Notes under the pieces: generated by a model | The model's database searches: none | Seen by the model: only the letters and a program-made list of their open reading frames with translations | Told to the model about the DNA's origin: nothing | Position numbers and translations under genes: made by a program | Part shown: positions 39,120 through 51,834 of the stretch, piece after piece | Layout: each line of letters begins with the position of its first letter | Position numbering within the stretch: the stretch's first letter is position 1 | Assembly: GCF_006345805.1 (NCBI RefSeq) | Contig: NC_042998.1 | Coordinates: forward strand, 131,006,001-131,070,000 | DNA length: 64,000 bases | DNA from: Octopus sinensis | Lineage: Eukaryota | Direction of reading: 5' to 3'

Positions 39120-39275
39120 CTCACTCTATTTATTTCTCCTCCTAATCCTATCTGTCGAAGGGCGTAGGCTCGAAAAGTAAAAGACTTTCCCATTTTTCCC
39201 AAGCAGTAAACTAATACACTTGCTTGTTGTTCTTACACCTGTCTTCGTTTTTATTTGTTTTCTGTACATTTGAAA
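39120..39275 (+). mobile_element. PLE-type short repeat with degenerate hammerhead motif (39148-39183)
   Basis: CUAU-CUGUCGA-A-GGGC GUAG GCUC-GAAAA GUA-AAAG; the tail cacctgtcttcgtttt is as in the 15085 and 25640 copies. Confidence 0.55.
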
Positions 39276-39302
39276 TATATATATATATAAATATATATAT
39301 AT

Positions 39303-39458
39303 ATGAGTGGTCTGTGTGGTAAGAAGCTTGCTTACCAACCACATGGTTCCGGCTCAGTCCCACTGTGTAGCATCTTCAGCAAGTGTCTTCTACTATAGCC
39401 TCGGACTGACCAAAGCCTTGGGAGTGTATTTGGTAGACAGAAGCTGAAAGAAGTCAGT

Positions 39459-39460
<2 letters not shown>
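39303..39460 (+). mobile_element. SINE family A, 5' half
   Basis: gtgtggtaagaagcttgcttaccaaccacatggttccggctcagtcccactg...gcaagtgtcttctactatagcctcgg, then (TA)n. Confidence 0.85.
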
Positions 39461-39513
<53 letters not shown>

Positions 39514-39731
39514 TATAATATATTTGTATGTTTGTATGTATGTATACGTATATACCTATGTGTATATTAAAATGTAAATAATCAATGCATAAGCAACGAA
39601 GTCTTAGATTAATATAATGAAATCAACTCTTGGAAGTAGTTCATAATGTGTGCGTGTATGTGTGTATGCGTGTGTATTTGTATTATGTTCATACATATGC
39701 ATATATACATGCATATGTGTCTATGTATATG

Positions 39732-39765
<34 letters not shown>

Positions 39766-39865
39766 CATACAATACAGAGAGAGAGAAAAAGAGAGAGAGA
39801 GTGAGGGTGAAAGATAGATAGTCAGACAGTCAGACAAACAGGCAGTTAGCCAAATATACCAAGAA

Positions 39866-39959
<94 letters not shown>

Positions 39960-40930
39960 GTACAAACACACACACAAGCTTGTAAAATAGGTGAAGAAGA
40001 AAGAGAAAAAGACAGCCTTCCAGATAGGCAGACAGTGGGAGTCACTCTGGTTTGGCAGACATAACTGACTCTGTTCCGTTTAACTTATATATTCAGAAGT
40101 GGGGGAGGGGTCATTGCATAGAGCTTGTCAAATTCTACAGATGCTCCTTCAGTCTACACTAATCAAATAACATACGGCATATTAATTATTTATGCACATA
40201 TTCGAGTCATTCAAAGCACTGGATCGTGTGGGTACCAGGTCAACCAATCCTTCAAATGGGTATGGCTAATGTGATGCTAAATGAGATGGAAGTGACATCA
40301 TACAGACATTTGCTTCTCTTCTCCCCTCATTTACTTATAGGTTGGCGCTAATTCTCCTCTCTCACATACACTAACACTTTTTGTATATAAGTATGTATGC
40401 GTATTTACTGTTAATATACGAACATACACACCGAGACATACACATTCATATACACGATATGATACGTAGTGCATATACTCGATTGAGTATTTATTTCTCA
40501 TATATAAATTTATATATATATATATATACACATAAAATATATATGTGTAAGTATATATATATATATGTATATATATATAAATGTATATATATAAATATAT
40601 ATAATACTATATATAATATACATATATTATATATGTATATATATTAAATATATATATATACAAATATATGTATATATATATATATATATATATACAAATG
40701 TACAAACATACATATGTACAGGAATATTGTGTGACCGTACTTGTGTTTGCGTATGTGTTCATGTGTTTGGATTTAGACACACACGCACGCACGCACACAT
40801 ATATAAAAAGTATGTGTGTGGCATCGCAAGTACGTCAGTTATGCATATATGTTTCCGTGTGAATGTGTGTATTTGAGTGAGTGATTGTGTTCAACTCCTC
40901 GTATATATCTGTGTGTGAGTGTGTGTGGTG

Positions 40931-40968
<38 letters not shown>

Positions 40969-41324
40969 AAAAAAAAAATGCTCGCTGTTTTACACGCTAT
41001 CACTCACAATAAATATTTGGAAGTCTGAACCGCACACAGGGTCGTGAATTCTCACATGTACTCTCGTAACAAAAAAGGAGAAAAAAAAAACGTACCCTGG
41101 AACACGAACCCACCACACAAGTTATAAACTATTGTGACGAAAGTGAAATAACACAGAAGTTGATTTAAGGAGCGGTTATAACCTATAAATTTTAAAAGGA
41201 GGGAAAAAAAAGAAAACAAACTGCTGTAGAGCATGGTAGTACTGTTTAAGAATTTTTTGCCTGTCAGCGAAGGAAGTAGAGAAACTCAGGGTGGCTGTCA
41301 GGTGATATGACTGCAATGAATAAC

Positions 41325-41340
41325 AATAATAATAATAATG

Positions 41341-41388
<48 letters not shown>

Positions 41389-41391
41389 GTA

Positions 41392-41437
<46 letters not shown>

Positions 41438-41541
41438 TAATAATAATAATAATAATATTAATAATAATGATAACAATAACAATAATAATAATAATAATAA
41501 CAATGACAATAATAACAATAATTATAATAACAATAATAATA

Positions 41542-41581
<40 letters not shown>

Positions 41582-41612
41582 TACAATAATAATAATAATA
41601 GTAGTAGTAGAA

Positions 41613-41660
<48 letters not shown>
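41325..41660. repeat. (AAT)n microsatellite, about 330 bp
   Basis: Directly visible; source of the poly-N/I/L ORFs. Confidence 0.95.
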
Positions 41661-41664
<4 letters not shown>

Positions 41665-42106
41665 TTTCTTTATTAACCACAAGGGTTTTCTTTATTAACC
41701 ACAAGAATATAATGGACAACGCAGGACAAAACAAAGAAAGTATGTGTGTGAGTGTGTGTTGGGAGAGTTTTGAAATGTAGGCAAGACTAACAAAATGAAA
41801 AGAAAAATGGAAGAAGGAAAGAAATCAGCAACGTGTAACCCTCAATAGGGAGGAGACGTTCGAGGGCTGCTCATGGAAAACCGCATAAAAAACCCATTTA
41901 TAATAATGATTGTATCTTATGTCAATTGTCATGGTTGATTTATTTATTTACTTATTTTATCGTTCGGCAATTTAAAATTGATAAGGAAGGGAAAAAAATA
42001 TTGCTTAAAGTAGTGACCATATTGATGTTACTGCTGATGCTGATGTTGTTGTTGTTGCTGTTGTGGTTGTTGTTGTTGCTGCTGTTGTTATTTTTATTGA
42101 TGGTGT

Positions 42107-42140
<34 letters not shown>

Positions 42141-42192
42141 GGGCAGGGAGTAAGAAAAGAAGTGACGCGTATGGTGCGCATTATTATTATTA

Positions 42193-42778
42193 TTTTTACT
42201 CTAGGCACAAGGCGCGAAATTTTTGAGGAGGGGACCAGCCGATTAAATCGACCGGAGTACGCAACTGGTACTTATTTAATCGACCCCGAAAGGATAAAAG
42301 GCAAAGTCGACCTTGGCGGAATTTGAACTCAGAACGTAGCGGTAGATGAAATACCTATTTCTATTTCTTTACTACCCACAAGGGGCTAAACACAGAGGGG
42401 GCAAACAAGGATAGACAAACGCATTAAGTCGATTATATCGACCCCAGTACGTACCTGGTACTTATCTAATCGACCCCGAAAGGATGAAAGGCAAAGTCGA
42501 CCTCGGCGGAATTTGAACTCAGAACTTAACGGCAGACGAAATACCTATTTCTTTACTACCCACAAGGGGCCAAACACAGAGAGGACAAACAAGGACAGAC
42601 AAACGGATTAAGTCGATTATATCGACCCCAGTGCGTAACTGGTACTTAATTTATCGACCCCGAAAGGATGAAAGGCGAAGTCGACCTCGGCGGAATTTGA
42701 ACTCAGAACGTAACGGCAGACGAAATACCGCTAAGCATTTCGCCTGGCGTGCTAACGAATCTGCCAGCTCGCTGCCTT
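42193..42778 (-). mobile_element. tRNA-derived SINE family F, trimeric copy
   Basis: One tRNA-like head at the right end and three copies of the core cgaccccgaaagga(t)gaaaggcaaagtcgacc..ggcggaatttgaactcagaac with a period of about 185-190 bp. Confidence 0.85.
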
Positions 42779-42985
42779 ACATGTATGTAAACAACTACAA
42801 ATGAATTCAGCGAGAGTTTATATGCAGTTTCTTGACCAGCAAGAAATTTCAGTTAAATTCTCTCTAAAACCACACTAAGAGCAATAGAGAGAAAATAACA
42901 AAACTACATGTTCACTATATTGTCTGAATATAGGAGTGAATACAATATGACTGGAAGATTTTGATCATCTATCAATTTCATCGGA

Positions 42986-43291
42986 GTTGTTGTTCGTTCA
43001 TTCTCGAGCCACGCCTGGCTCATAGGGCAGGTTTCCCGGTTTCCTTGGCGTATAGGTTCCTCACCTGGACGGGACGCGGATCCGTCGCAGGTAAACTGCA
43101 AGATGCAGGAGGGTAGAGATAGAGAAAGTTGTAGCGAGTGAGTCAGCAGAAGTTAGCCATTACCTTCTGCCGGAGACGCGTGGAGCTTAGGTGTTTCGCT
43201 CATAAACACACACACCACCCGGTCTGAGATTCGAACCCGCGATCCCTCGACCGCGAGTCTGCTGCTCAAACTACTAGGCCACGTGCTTCCA
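42986..43291 (-). mobile_element. tRNA-derived SINE with E-like head and V-domain-like tail
   Basis: Head is homologous to 13895-14203. Minus strand 43092-43064 reads ACCTGCGACGGATCCGCGTCCCGTCCAGG. The element ends in (AAC)n. Confidence 0.65.
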
Positions 43292-43329
43292 CAATTTCAT
43301 CAGAGACTGGGGGTTAAATAAAATTGAAA

Positions 43330-43542
43330 GTAGCAACACCATCGCCGCCTCAACGGCAATGCTGTTGTTATTGTCGTCAGTCCTCATAGACGTCGTTGTT
43401 GTGATAGTTGTCATCATCATCGACATCTTCATCATTATCGTCTTCGTCGTCGTCGTTGTCATCGTCAACATAAACATCATCATCATCATCAGCAGCAGCA
43501 GCAGCATTATCGTCAACGTCGTCATCGTCACCACCATCATCG

Positions 43543-43578
<36 letters not shown>

Positions 43579-43810
43579 AGACTTCTAACACCATCACTAC
43601 CGCCGCCAGCACCACGACAATCACCACTGATCACCACCATCGTAGTCGTCGTAATCATTATAAAGATCCCCATGATAAACATCCTGCGCCTTCTTACATC
43701 GATATTCTCCTCTTCCTCGTCATTCTCATCATGATGGTGATCATCATCTTCATCATTACTAACATCATCAATCGTCAACATCTGCCGCCCACTCCTCCGT
43801 TGTCGTAATG
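43330..43810. repeat. Decayed (ATC)n/(GTC)n triplet tract
   Basis: Triplet periodicity gives poly-I, poly-D and poly-M pseudo-ORFs in different frames. Confidence 0.85.
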
Positions 43811-43842
43811 GTAATGACCATCAAGGTGGCGTGCTGGCAGGA

Positions 43843-44280
43843 AAGGCGGCGAGCTGGTGGAAACGTTAGCACGCCGGGCGAAATGCTTAGCGATATTTCG
43901 TCTGCCGTTACGTTCTGAGTTCAAATTCCGCCGTGTTCGACTTTGTCTTTCATATGTTCGGGTCGATAAATTAAGTATCAGTTACGCACTGGTGTCGATG
44001 TAATCGACTTAATCCCTTTGTCTGTCCTTGTTCGTCCCTTCTATGTTTAGCCTCTTGTGGGCAATAAAGAAATAAGAAGCGTTAGCACGCCGGGCGAAAT
44101 GCTTAGCGGTATTTCGTCTGTGGTTACGTTCTGAGTTCAAATTCCGCCGCGTCCGCCTTTGCCTTTCATCCTTTCGGGATCAATAAATTAAGTACCAGTT
44201 GCGTACTGGGGTTAATCTAATTGACTAGCCCCCCTCCCCCCAAAAAAATTCGGGCCTTGTGCCTAGAATAGAAAAGTATA
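43843..44280 (+). mobile_element. tRNA-derived SINE family F, dimeric copy, inverted relative to 42193-42778
   Basis: aggcggcgagctgg..gttagcacgccgggcgaaatgcttagcg..gagttcaaattccgcc occurs twice; it ends gccttgtgcctagaatagaaaag. A further tail fragment lies at 46001-46060. Confidence 0.85.
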
Positions 44281-44683
44281 TTTGCATACATGTGATGTCA
44301 AAAACATACCAGTTGTTCGTAGGTGACTAACAAATGTGCTTTGAACTCGCGTGATTCCAGGTTAAATTCCACTGGCCGTGACTTTATGCTATTGTTTTAA
44401 TCCAAACCTATTGTGACACAAAATGCAAGAGCTTGTTCAGTGAACTGTACTTAACTTTAACGCACCCCAGTAGTAATTGAGTTTAGATCTCTGCTCTTCT
44501 TGCTCCCACTCATCTCGAAGACCCTGCAAAGAACAGTGGGCAATCCTCCTTTTAAAGGCTAAATCATAAGAAGACTCATAATGTAAAATAAAGCCTAATA
44601 TTATATACAATAACTTGAGTGGATAATTATGTTTATGTACGTAAGTATATGAGTAGGAGCGTGCATGTATATATAATAGACAT

Positions 44684-44688
44684 ATGCA

Positions 44689-44738
<50 letters not shown>

Positions 44739-44741
44739 TAC

Positions 44742-44785
<44 letters not shown>

Positions 44786-44797
44786 ATATTAGATATA

Positions 44798-44852
<55 letters not shown>

Positions 44853-44899
44853 TATATAATATATACATATATATATATATTATATATAATAGATAGTAC

Positions 44900-44954
<55 letters not shown>

Positions 44955-45144
44955 TATATATATATACATATATATATATATACATATATATACATATTAT
45001 ATATTATATATATATATATATATACATATATATATAGACATATATATACATATAATATATATTACATATTATATATATAATATATATATATATACATATA
45101 TATACTATAGATATATACATATATATATATATTATATATATTAC

Positions 45145-45175
<31 letters not shown>

Positions 45176-45189
45176 CATATTAATATATA

Positions 45190-45238
<49 letters not shown>

Positions 45239-45450
45239 AATATATAGGTATATATATATATATGTATATATATGTATATTATATATATGTATTATATATG
45301 TAAGTATAATATGTAATAATATATATGTAATATAGATATATATGTATTATATATATAATATGTATATATAGGTATATATATATATGGATATATATATAAT
45401 ATTATATTATATATATATATGTATATATATGTATATATATATGTATGTAT

Positions 45451-45481
<31 letters not shown>

Positions 45482-45546
45482 ATATATAATATATGTATGT
45501 ATATATATATGTATATATGTATATATATATATATATATGGTTATAG

Positions 45547-45642
<96 letters not shown>

Positions 45643-45644
45643 TA

Positions 45645-45694
<50 letters not shown>

Positions 45695-45750
45695 TATATA
45701 TATAATATATCTATATATATATATATATATATAATATATATGAGATATAT
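44684..45750. repeat. About 1.07-kb interrupted (TA)n array
   Basis: Near-pure alternating TA with scattered C/G and phase slips. Confidence 0.95.
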
Positions 45751-46059
45751 ATATAGAGGTGTGTGTGATTGTGTATAGAAGAATATATTATAAAAAAAGA
45801 ATTCCAACCTTGTCTGATTTCACGTTTTATTTACAATCTTATAATGATATATTATAAGATAATATATTATAATTGAATAAAATAAATGAAATAGTGAATG
45901 TTAAATATTCATTCTGATTGAAATAGTACTTTCATGCATTGAATTCTGCAATCTTCGGGTTCATGTAGTAGTGTTGACAGTCATGCTTCACAATTTTTGA
46001 CTCCCTTGTCTGTCCTTGTTTGTCCCCTCTATGTTTAGCCCCTTGTGGGTAGTAAAGAA

Positions 46060-46124
<65 letters not shown>

Positions 46125-46397
46125 TGTGTGTCTGTGTGTGGTGTGTACCTCTCGTTCATAATAGATATGTTTCTGGTCAAAGAGGAGTCACAAATCTTCA
46201 AATAACTAAACAGCGCCAATATTTGAGCACAGCCATACTGAATAATTACACCTCTCCATTGGAGCTGCGTATATTTTCCTTCTTTCCAAATTAAATGAAT
46301 ACTATTACACACACACATACACACACATACACTCACAGTCTTTGTCTGTTCTGTCTATCTATATTTCTCCCTTTCTCTCTCTCTCTCTAATTCTCCC

Positions 46398-46431
<34 letters not shown>

Positions 46432-46804
46432 TATATAAATATCTATATATATGGAGGGGGGTCTATACGTATATGTGCATGGATGGATGTATATGTGTGC
46501 GAGGATGGGGAAAAATAAAAGTAAGGATAGAAAGGGTGGGGAGAGAGGATGAGAGAAATACATGAATTATAAACCGGACATATTTTGGGTGTTATGAGAT
46601 ATTTGATTTAATACATTTTTGTTCTGCTTAATGTTTTAATTTTCGTGTCAGTTGGAAATATAATTCTTATTTACATACACACACACGCACGCATACACAC
46701 AAACACACAAACGCAAACACACACATATACACGCTCATATCTATGCACACGTACACATTCATTCGTATTATACTATAAGTGTATGTATGCGTATATATAC
46801 ACAC

Positions 46805-46860
<56 letters not shown>

Positions 46861-46996
46861 TATGTAATATATATATATTATATATATTATATATGCATAT
46901 ATATATGTAGAAAAATGTATATATATGTATGTACTTATAATATTATGCATATATATGTGTATATATATATATATTATACATATATGTATATATATA

Positions 46997-47285
46997 CTAG
47001 CAGTATCGCCGGCGTTGCTCGGGTTTGTAAGGGAAATACCTATATAAGCATTTTTAGAGAGTTACTTCTCTTATATAATGGCAAAAAAATGCATTAAAAA
47101 TGGGAAAAAATGATGGTAAATTTATTTTAATCATAGACGCGCGCTAACACCCAGAAGGGCTCGATATGAATCACGACTATAAGACACTCGCTTTTGGTTA
47201 AACTGCAACGCAAAATGTGGGAGTAGTTAGGAATCTAAATCGTAGGAGACAGACACTCACACAACTTCACTTTTATATACAAAGA
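46997..47285 (-). mobile_element. Complete non-autonomous Helitron, 289 bp
   Basis: The minus strand starts A|TCTTTGTATATAAAAG at 47285 and ends with the hairpin CCCGAGCAACGCCGGCG followed by ATACTGCTAG|T at 46997. It is inserted between A and T in a (TA)n tract with no TSD. Confidence 0.8.
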
Positions 47286-47326
47286 TATATGTGTGTGTAT
47301 ATACATACACACACACACAGGCAGGC

Positions 47327-47391
<65 letters not shown>

Positions 47392-48029
47392 ACGTATAAT
47401 TGAAAAAATAATTACATATCGCCTGAGGAAACACAACTAGAGATCATAATGGGGGGAAACAGTTGCATAATCAAGTACCTGCACGTCTGTTGAAACAATT
47501 GTAGCGATTAAAAAATAAATGTCCAACCGTACTCCTTGTTGACTCCAGATTTTTTTCAGTTATCTATTCACGCAAGACAGAAATCCAAACGCAAACCCGG
47601 AAATACATATAATACTACTACTGGACAGCACAGGTTGAAATCTGAAGGTGGACGACCTTTATACTGTACTCTACTACGTTCTTAATAGAATATGCCATAA
47701 CTATAAATGTGTGTGTATGCGAGTGTGTGTGTCGATGTGTGTGTGGGTGTTTGTGTATGTGACTAAATATATTTTTTGTCATTGCGAATTTGTAAAAAAA
47801 ATAATATATTTCTGGATTTAATCTCGTAATTCTTCAAATATTCCAATGTCAAGTTGTCCTATTACCTGTTGACACCGCTTAGTAAGCAGATTTTATATTT
47901 ACTATGTTCTCTGTTTTATATAGATTGTCAACTGTTCTTCAATGTTGTCATTCTTTTGGTTTGTCTTGATCGAACAAACTTATAATCAGAGGCATTACAA
48001 ATGTGAACATCCTAAATTATTTTCATATA

Positions 48030-49314
48030 CGAGGGGCGTTCAATAAGTAATGCCCCTGACCCACTTCCCATAGCAGTAGAGCAACGAAACTTGGCACACT
48101 TATTAGTCTTTTTCTACATATGAACCACCTAGAGTTATGCATTTCTCCCATTGCTTGATGCAGCTCTGGAGACCGTTTTTGTAGAAGACCCCAGCTTGGT
48201 CCTCCAACCTGAACGTGACTTCAGAAATCAAGGCTGCATCATCTGGGAAACGCTTTCCTTTCAAAAACAACTTCATGACTGGGAAGAGGTGAAAATCAGA
48301 GGGTGCAAGGTCAGGAAAGTAGGGGGATGGGGAGGAGTTCATAGCTATACGCCTGTGCTTCTGATCTGGCGACAAGCGAGTTGTGGACCGGAGCGTTGTC
48401 CTGCAGGAGGAGGATGCTTTGCTGATCTTGCCCCGCCTCTTGATTTTGATAACTTCTCTTATTTCCTCAAAAGTGAAGCATAATAGGCTCCTGCAATGTG
48501 GTACCCTTTGCCAGGAAATCTGTCATCACTACACCGTCCTGGTCCCAGAAGACTGTGAGCATGACCTTGCCAGCGGAGGGCTGCACCCTTGCCTTCTTGG
48601 AGGGGGTGAGTCACGGTGTTTCCACTGCATTGACTGGGCTTTGGTCTCTGGATCATCGTGATGGACCCAGGTTTCATCCTGTGTAATCAGTCTTTTGAAA
48701 AATTTTGACTCATCTTCTTGGCACATCTCCAAATTCACCCTCGAGCACTCGACGCGTTCTTGCTTCTGGAAAGGCGTGAGCAACCTGGGAATCCATCTTG
48801 CAGACACCTTTTGCATATGCAAATGGTCATGAATGATAGTTTCCACAGACCCGGTACGAATCTTGACCTCATGGGCTATTTGGCGAATAATTATGCGTCG
48901 ATCTTCCAAAATGGCAGCCTCAACTTGACGGACAGATGCCTCATCAATGGCAGAAGGGGCGACCAGATCTGGGAGCTGTTTCCACAGAGTTCCGACCATG
49001 TTTGAATTCATGATGCCAGCGTTTTACAAGGTCATATGATGGGGCATCATCACCATAAGTTACTTTCATTTCATCAAAAGTCTCCCGTGGTGTGCGTCCT
49101 TTCAAATAAAAAAACCGGATCACTGCTCGACACTCAACAGGCTCCATTTCCCACTTGACTCGGTTCAAACACCTGTAAATCAAAAACCACAATCAATTCA
49201 GATCTGTAATTTGCCACTTACTCTATAGAGATATAAATGATTGCACATGCAAAATTTCAGCTAGATCAAACAACTGCAAGCGGGTCAGAGGCATTACTTA
49301 TTGAACGTCCCTCG
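48030..49314 (-). mobile_element. Full-length mariner (D,D34D) DNA transposon
   Basis: 33-bp TIRs CGAGGG(G/A)CGTTCAATAAGTAATGCC(C/T)CTGACCC with 2 mismatches, flanked by TA on both sides (48028-48029 and 49315-49316); length 1285 bp. Confidence 0.95.
48103..49147 (-). pseudogene. Mariner transposase, frameshifted
   Basis: MEPVECRAVIRFFYLKG HTH region, then WIPRLL, ITQDETW, LQDNAPVH, YFPDLAPSDFHLF, WEKCITLGGSYVEKD*. There are 34 residues between the second and third Asp after a 1-nt repair near 48325. The frame is split across several reading frames. Confidence 0.92.
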
Positions 49315-50439
49315 TATTGTGTATCGTGAACTGGATTATCTAAGAATTCTTCAATTGTTTTAATACATGATGATATAATTTCAGATCGATTTGACCTAAT
49401 TACATGTGGAACATCTACGTAGACTGTTATTTGTTTGCCCGATATTTTCGTTTTCTATCAAGTATTTTGAATGGTAGAAATGTCATTCACAATATGTTAC
49501 GTAGCATTTAGTGATGACCTTTTGCTGTCTACTTTAAAATCCATCTGGGAAACACCTTTGTGTTTTAGTCATCCAGGGCTAGTTAAACAGTGTTTCTGTC
49601 AAGTACTGGCAGTTGATATAACTGTCGATATCCCGCCCTCAAAATTTCTGCTTCTAGTACCCTTACATGAAATTGTAACTTTAAAAATGTTTGAATTGGT
49701 TTTATGAGTTGTGTGTTTGTGCGCATGCGCATGCGTATGTGTTAATGCGCACGCGCATACATATGTGTGTGTGTTATTGTATGCGTGTACGCATTTTTGG
49801 CTTCCACTTTTAACGGTAATTTCTGTACCTGTATGCGGTAACCATTGAAATTCCAAAATCGAACGTTTAGTTTTCTCACTCATTTGTAATGAATTTGCAG
49901 TAGGAGAGTGGTATCAATGACATTCCTACCATTCTACTTATTCTATGCAACGATCAATAAAAAGGAAATAAATAACAAACTACGTAGAGCAATATGCTCT
50001 CAATACAACAATACGAGATGATATTAAAATGGAGGTAGCATGACACCTATGAGATCGCTTACACGATTCACGAATTGTAAACAATCTCATAGGCTTCTAT
50101 TTATTGTTGTTCAGTAAGGACAGTGATAGAGTTGGAAAGTTCAATGCTAGAGGCAACTCTGTATTTCATCCTCCAGAAACAATATAAACAATGAAACTGT
50201 TGTTAGCTGTTAGGTTTCACTGAAACCAGTCAAAAGAATAAAATTAATAGAATTTTTAAAATACAGCGATTGATATTATAAATCTGTTCAGAAACAAACT
50301 ACCAGGAAATAGGTTATTTACAGTAAGAATGCTTTAAATCATAGGTCGCCTGCATCAACACTGAAGAATAAGAATTATGGTACCAAAACCAACTGCGTCG
50401 TGCAAAGAAATTGCAACAAACTTTACAGAACCATCCATC

Positions 50440-50960
50440 AACAGTGAACAAAGTAAAAAAGTTACCCTGAAAATTTGGAAAGAGAGCAATTTCATATAAA
50501 ATGTCGTTACCGTAACATCAATAATGAAACAATTATCAATAATCAAGATCAATATCATATAGAATACGAATATAGATGGAGCAACAATCTTAGTGAATAA
50601 TACTAAAACTACGTCATATGATATAACAGAAGTAGCAACAAGAAAATTCTACACGATACAATAATTCCATAAGATACAGTAATACTATAAGGTACAGTAA
50701 GATAAATTGACAAAAACAACAATGCCAAATGATATACCATGATATAAAACAACAATAACAGATGACGTAACAAAAATCAACGAGACGTTATGACAAAATA
50801 ACAAGTGACATAAGAAATATAAAATGTATCACAACAGAGACAAAAATAATACATAGCACAACATATGACATCACAAGTATAAAAGTAAAAACACATGATA
50901 TATCAATGATAATAACAGCAACAACAAGGCTTGGCACCGCACAACAATAAAAAGAAATAA
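50440..50960. repeat. Cryptic decayed (AAT)/(AAC) triplet tract
   Basis: A-rich, triplet-phased Asn/Thr/Ile/Lys codons with many in-frame stops. Confidence 0.7.
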
Positions 50961-51701
50961 CAGTAAAATTACGTCCAATAGCAAACGGCTTGCAGCCAGC
51001 CACTCCCTTTTGCCAAAACAAAGTAAATACACACAAGATCACGTATATAAGTTCATATACACACAGACACACAGAGATGCACACGCACACATATATAAAC
51101 TCGCGCACATATATAAACGCTTACATTTGCACATACATACAGAGTGAAACAGACGTTGGCAAAAATATACACACAAGTCACACATCACAAGCCACACATT
51201 CACAGATTCACACACACTCACTGTTTTTAATTAAACTCACTCATTCACCGAAGCAACACTCATACACAACTCATGCTACCTTCCAAAAGACACACTCATT
51301 CACTAAAGTAAACGCCATAGCTCTCCCAGAGGGAACGACCCCACCGTAATATATCGTTATAGACACTAGAAAGCAGGTCGTCTTTACGCAAACAGTTGCA
51401 TAACCTCACAAAGGGCGGGTGTGACGAAAGATAGGGGAGAATAAAAGAGACACGGTAAAGGAAAAAATAAAATCTATGCTTGGATGGGGGTTTGGGATGG
51501 AATGTAGGGTAGATTGAAACCAATATTGAAAGTGTCACGTATAGAAAGTCCAACCACACCCATATATTTTTATTTTGATAGTAAATGAAGAATTCCACGA
51601 CCGTGCTGTAAAATATGCTGGAATCGTTTTTGTATGTGTTTGTGTGTGCGTATGTATGTATCCGTGTGTGTTTGTGAGTTTATGTGTGCATATCTACCTA
51701 C

Positions 51702-51781
<80 letters not shown>

Positions 51782-51792
51782 TTGGGGGAGAG

Positions 51793-51834
<42 letters not shown>

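Noticed and set aside
42193-42778. Repeat-spacer-like array suggesting CRISPR
   Set aside because: The spacers are themselves repeated, the period is about 187 bp, the unit has a tRNA-like head, and there are no cas genes. It is a SINE multimer.
41264-43808. Poly-N, poly-L, poly-I and poly-D ORFs
   Set aside because: They are pure or decayed triplet microsatellites with no unique domain or splice context.
47416-47470. CUGAGGA...GAAACAGUU hammerhead-like motif
   Set aside because: Stem II does not pair and stem I needs an indel. It may be a fossil but was not counted.
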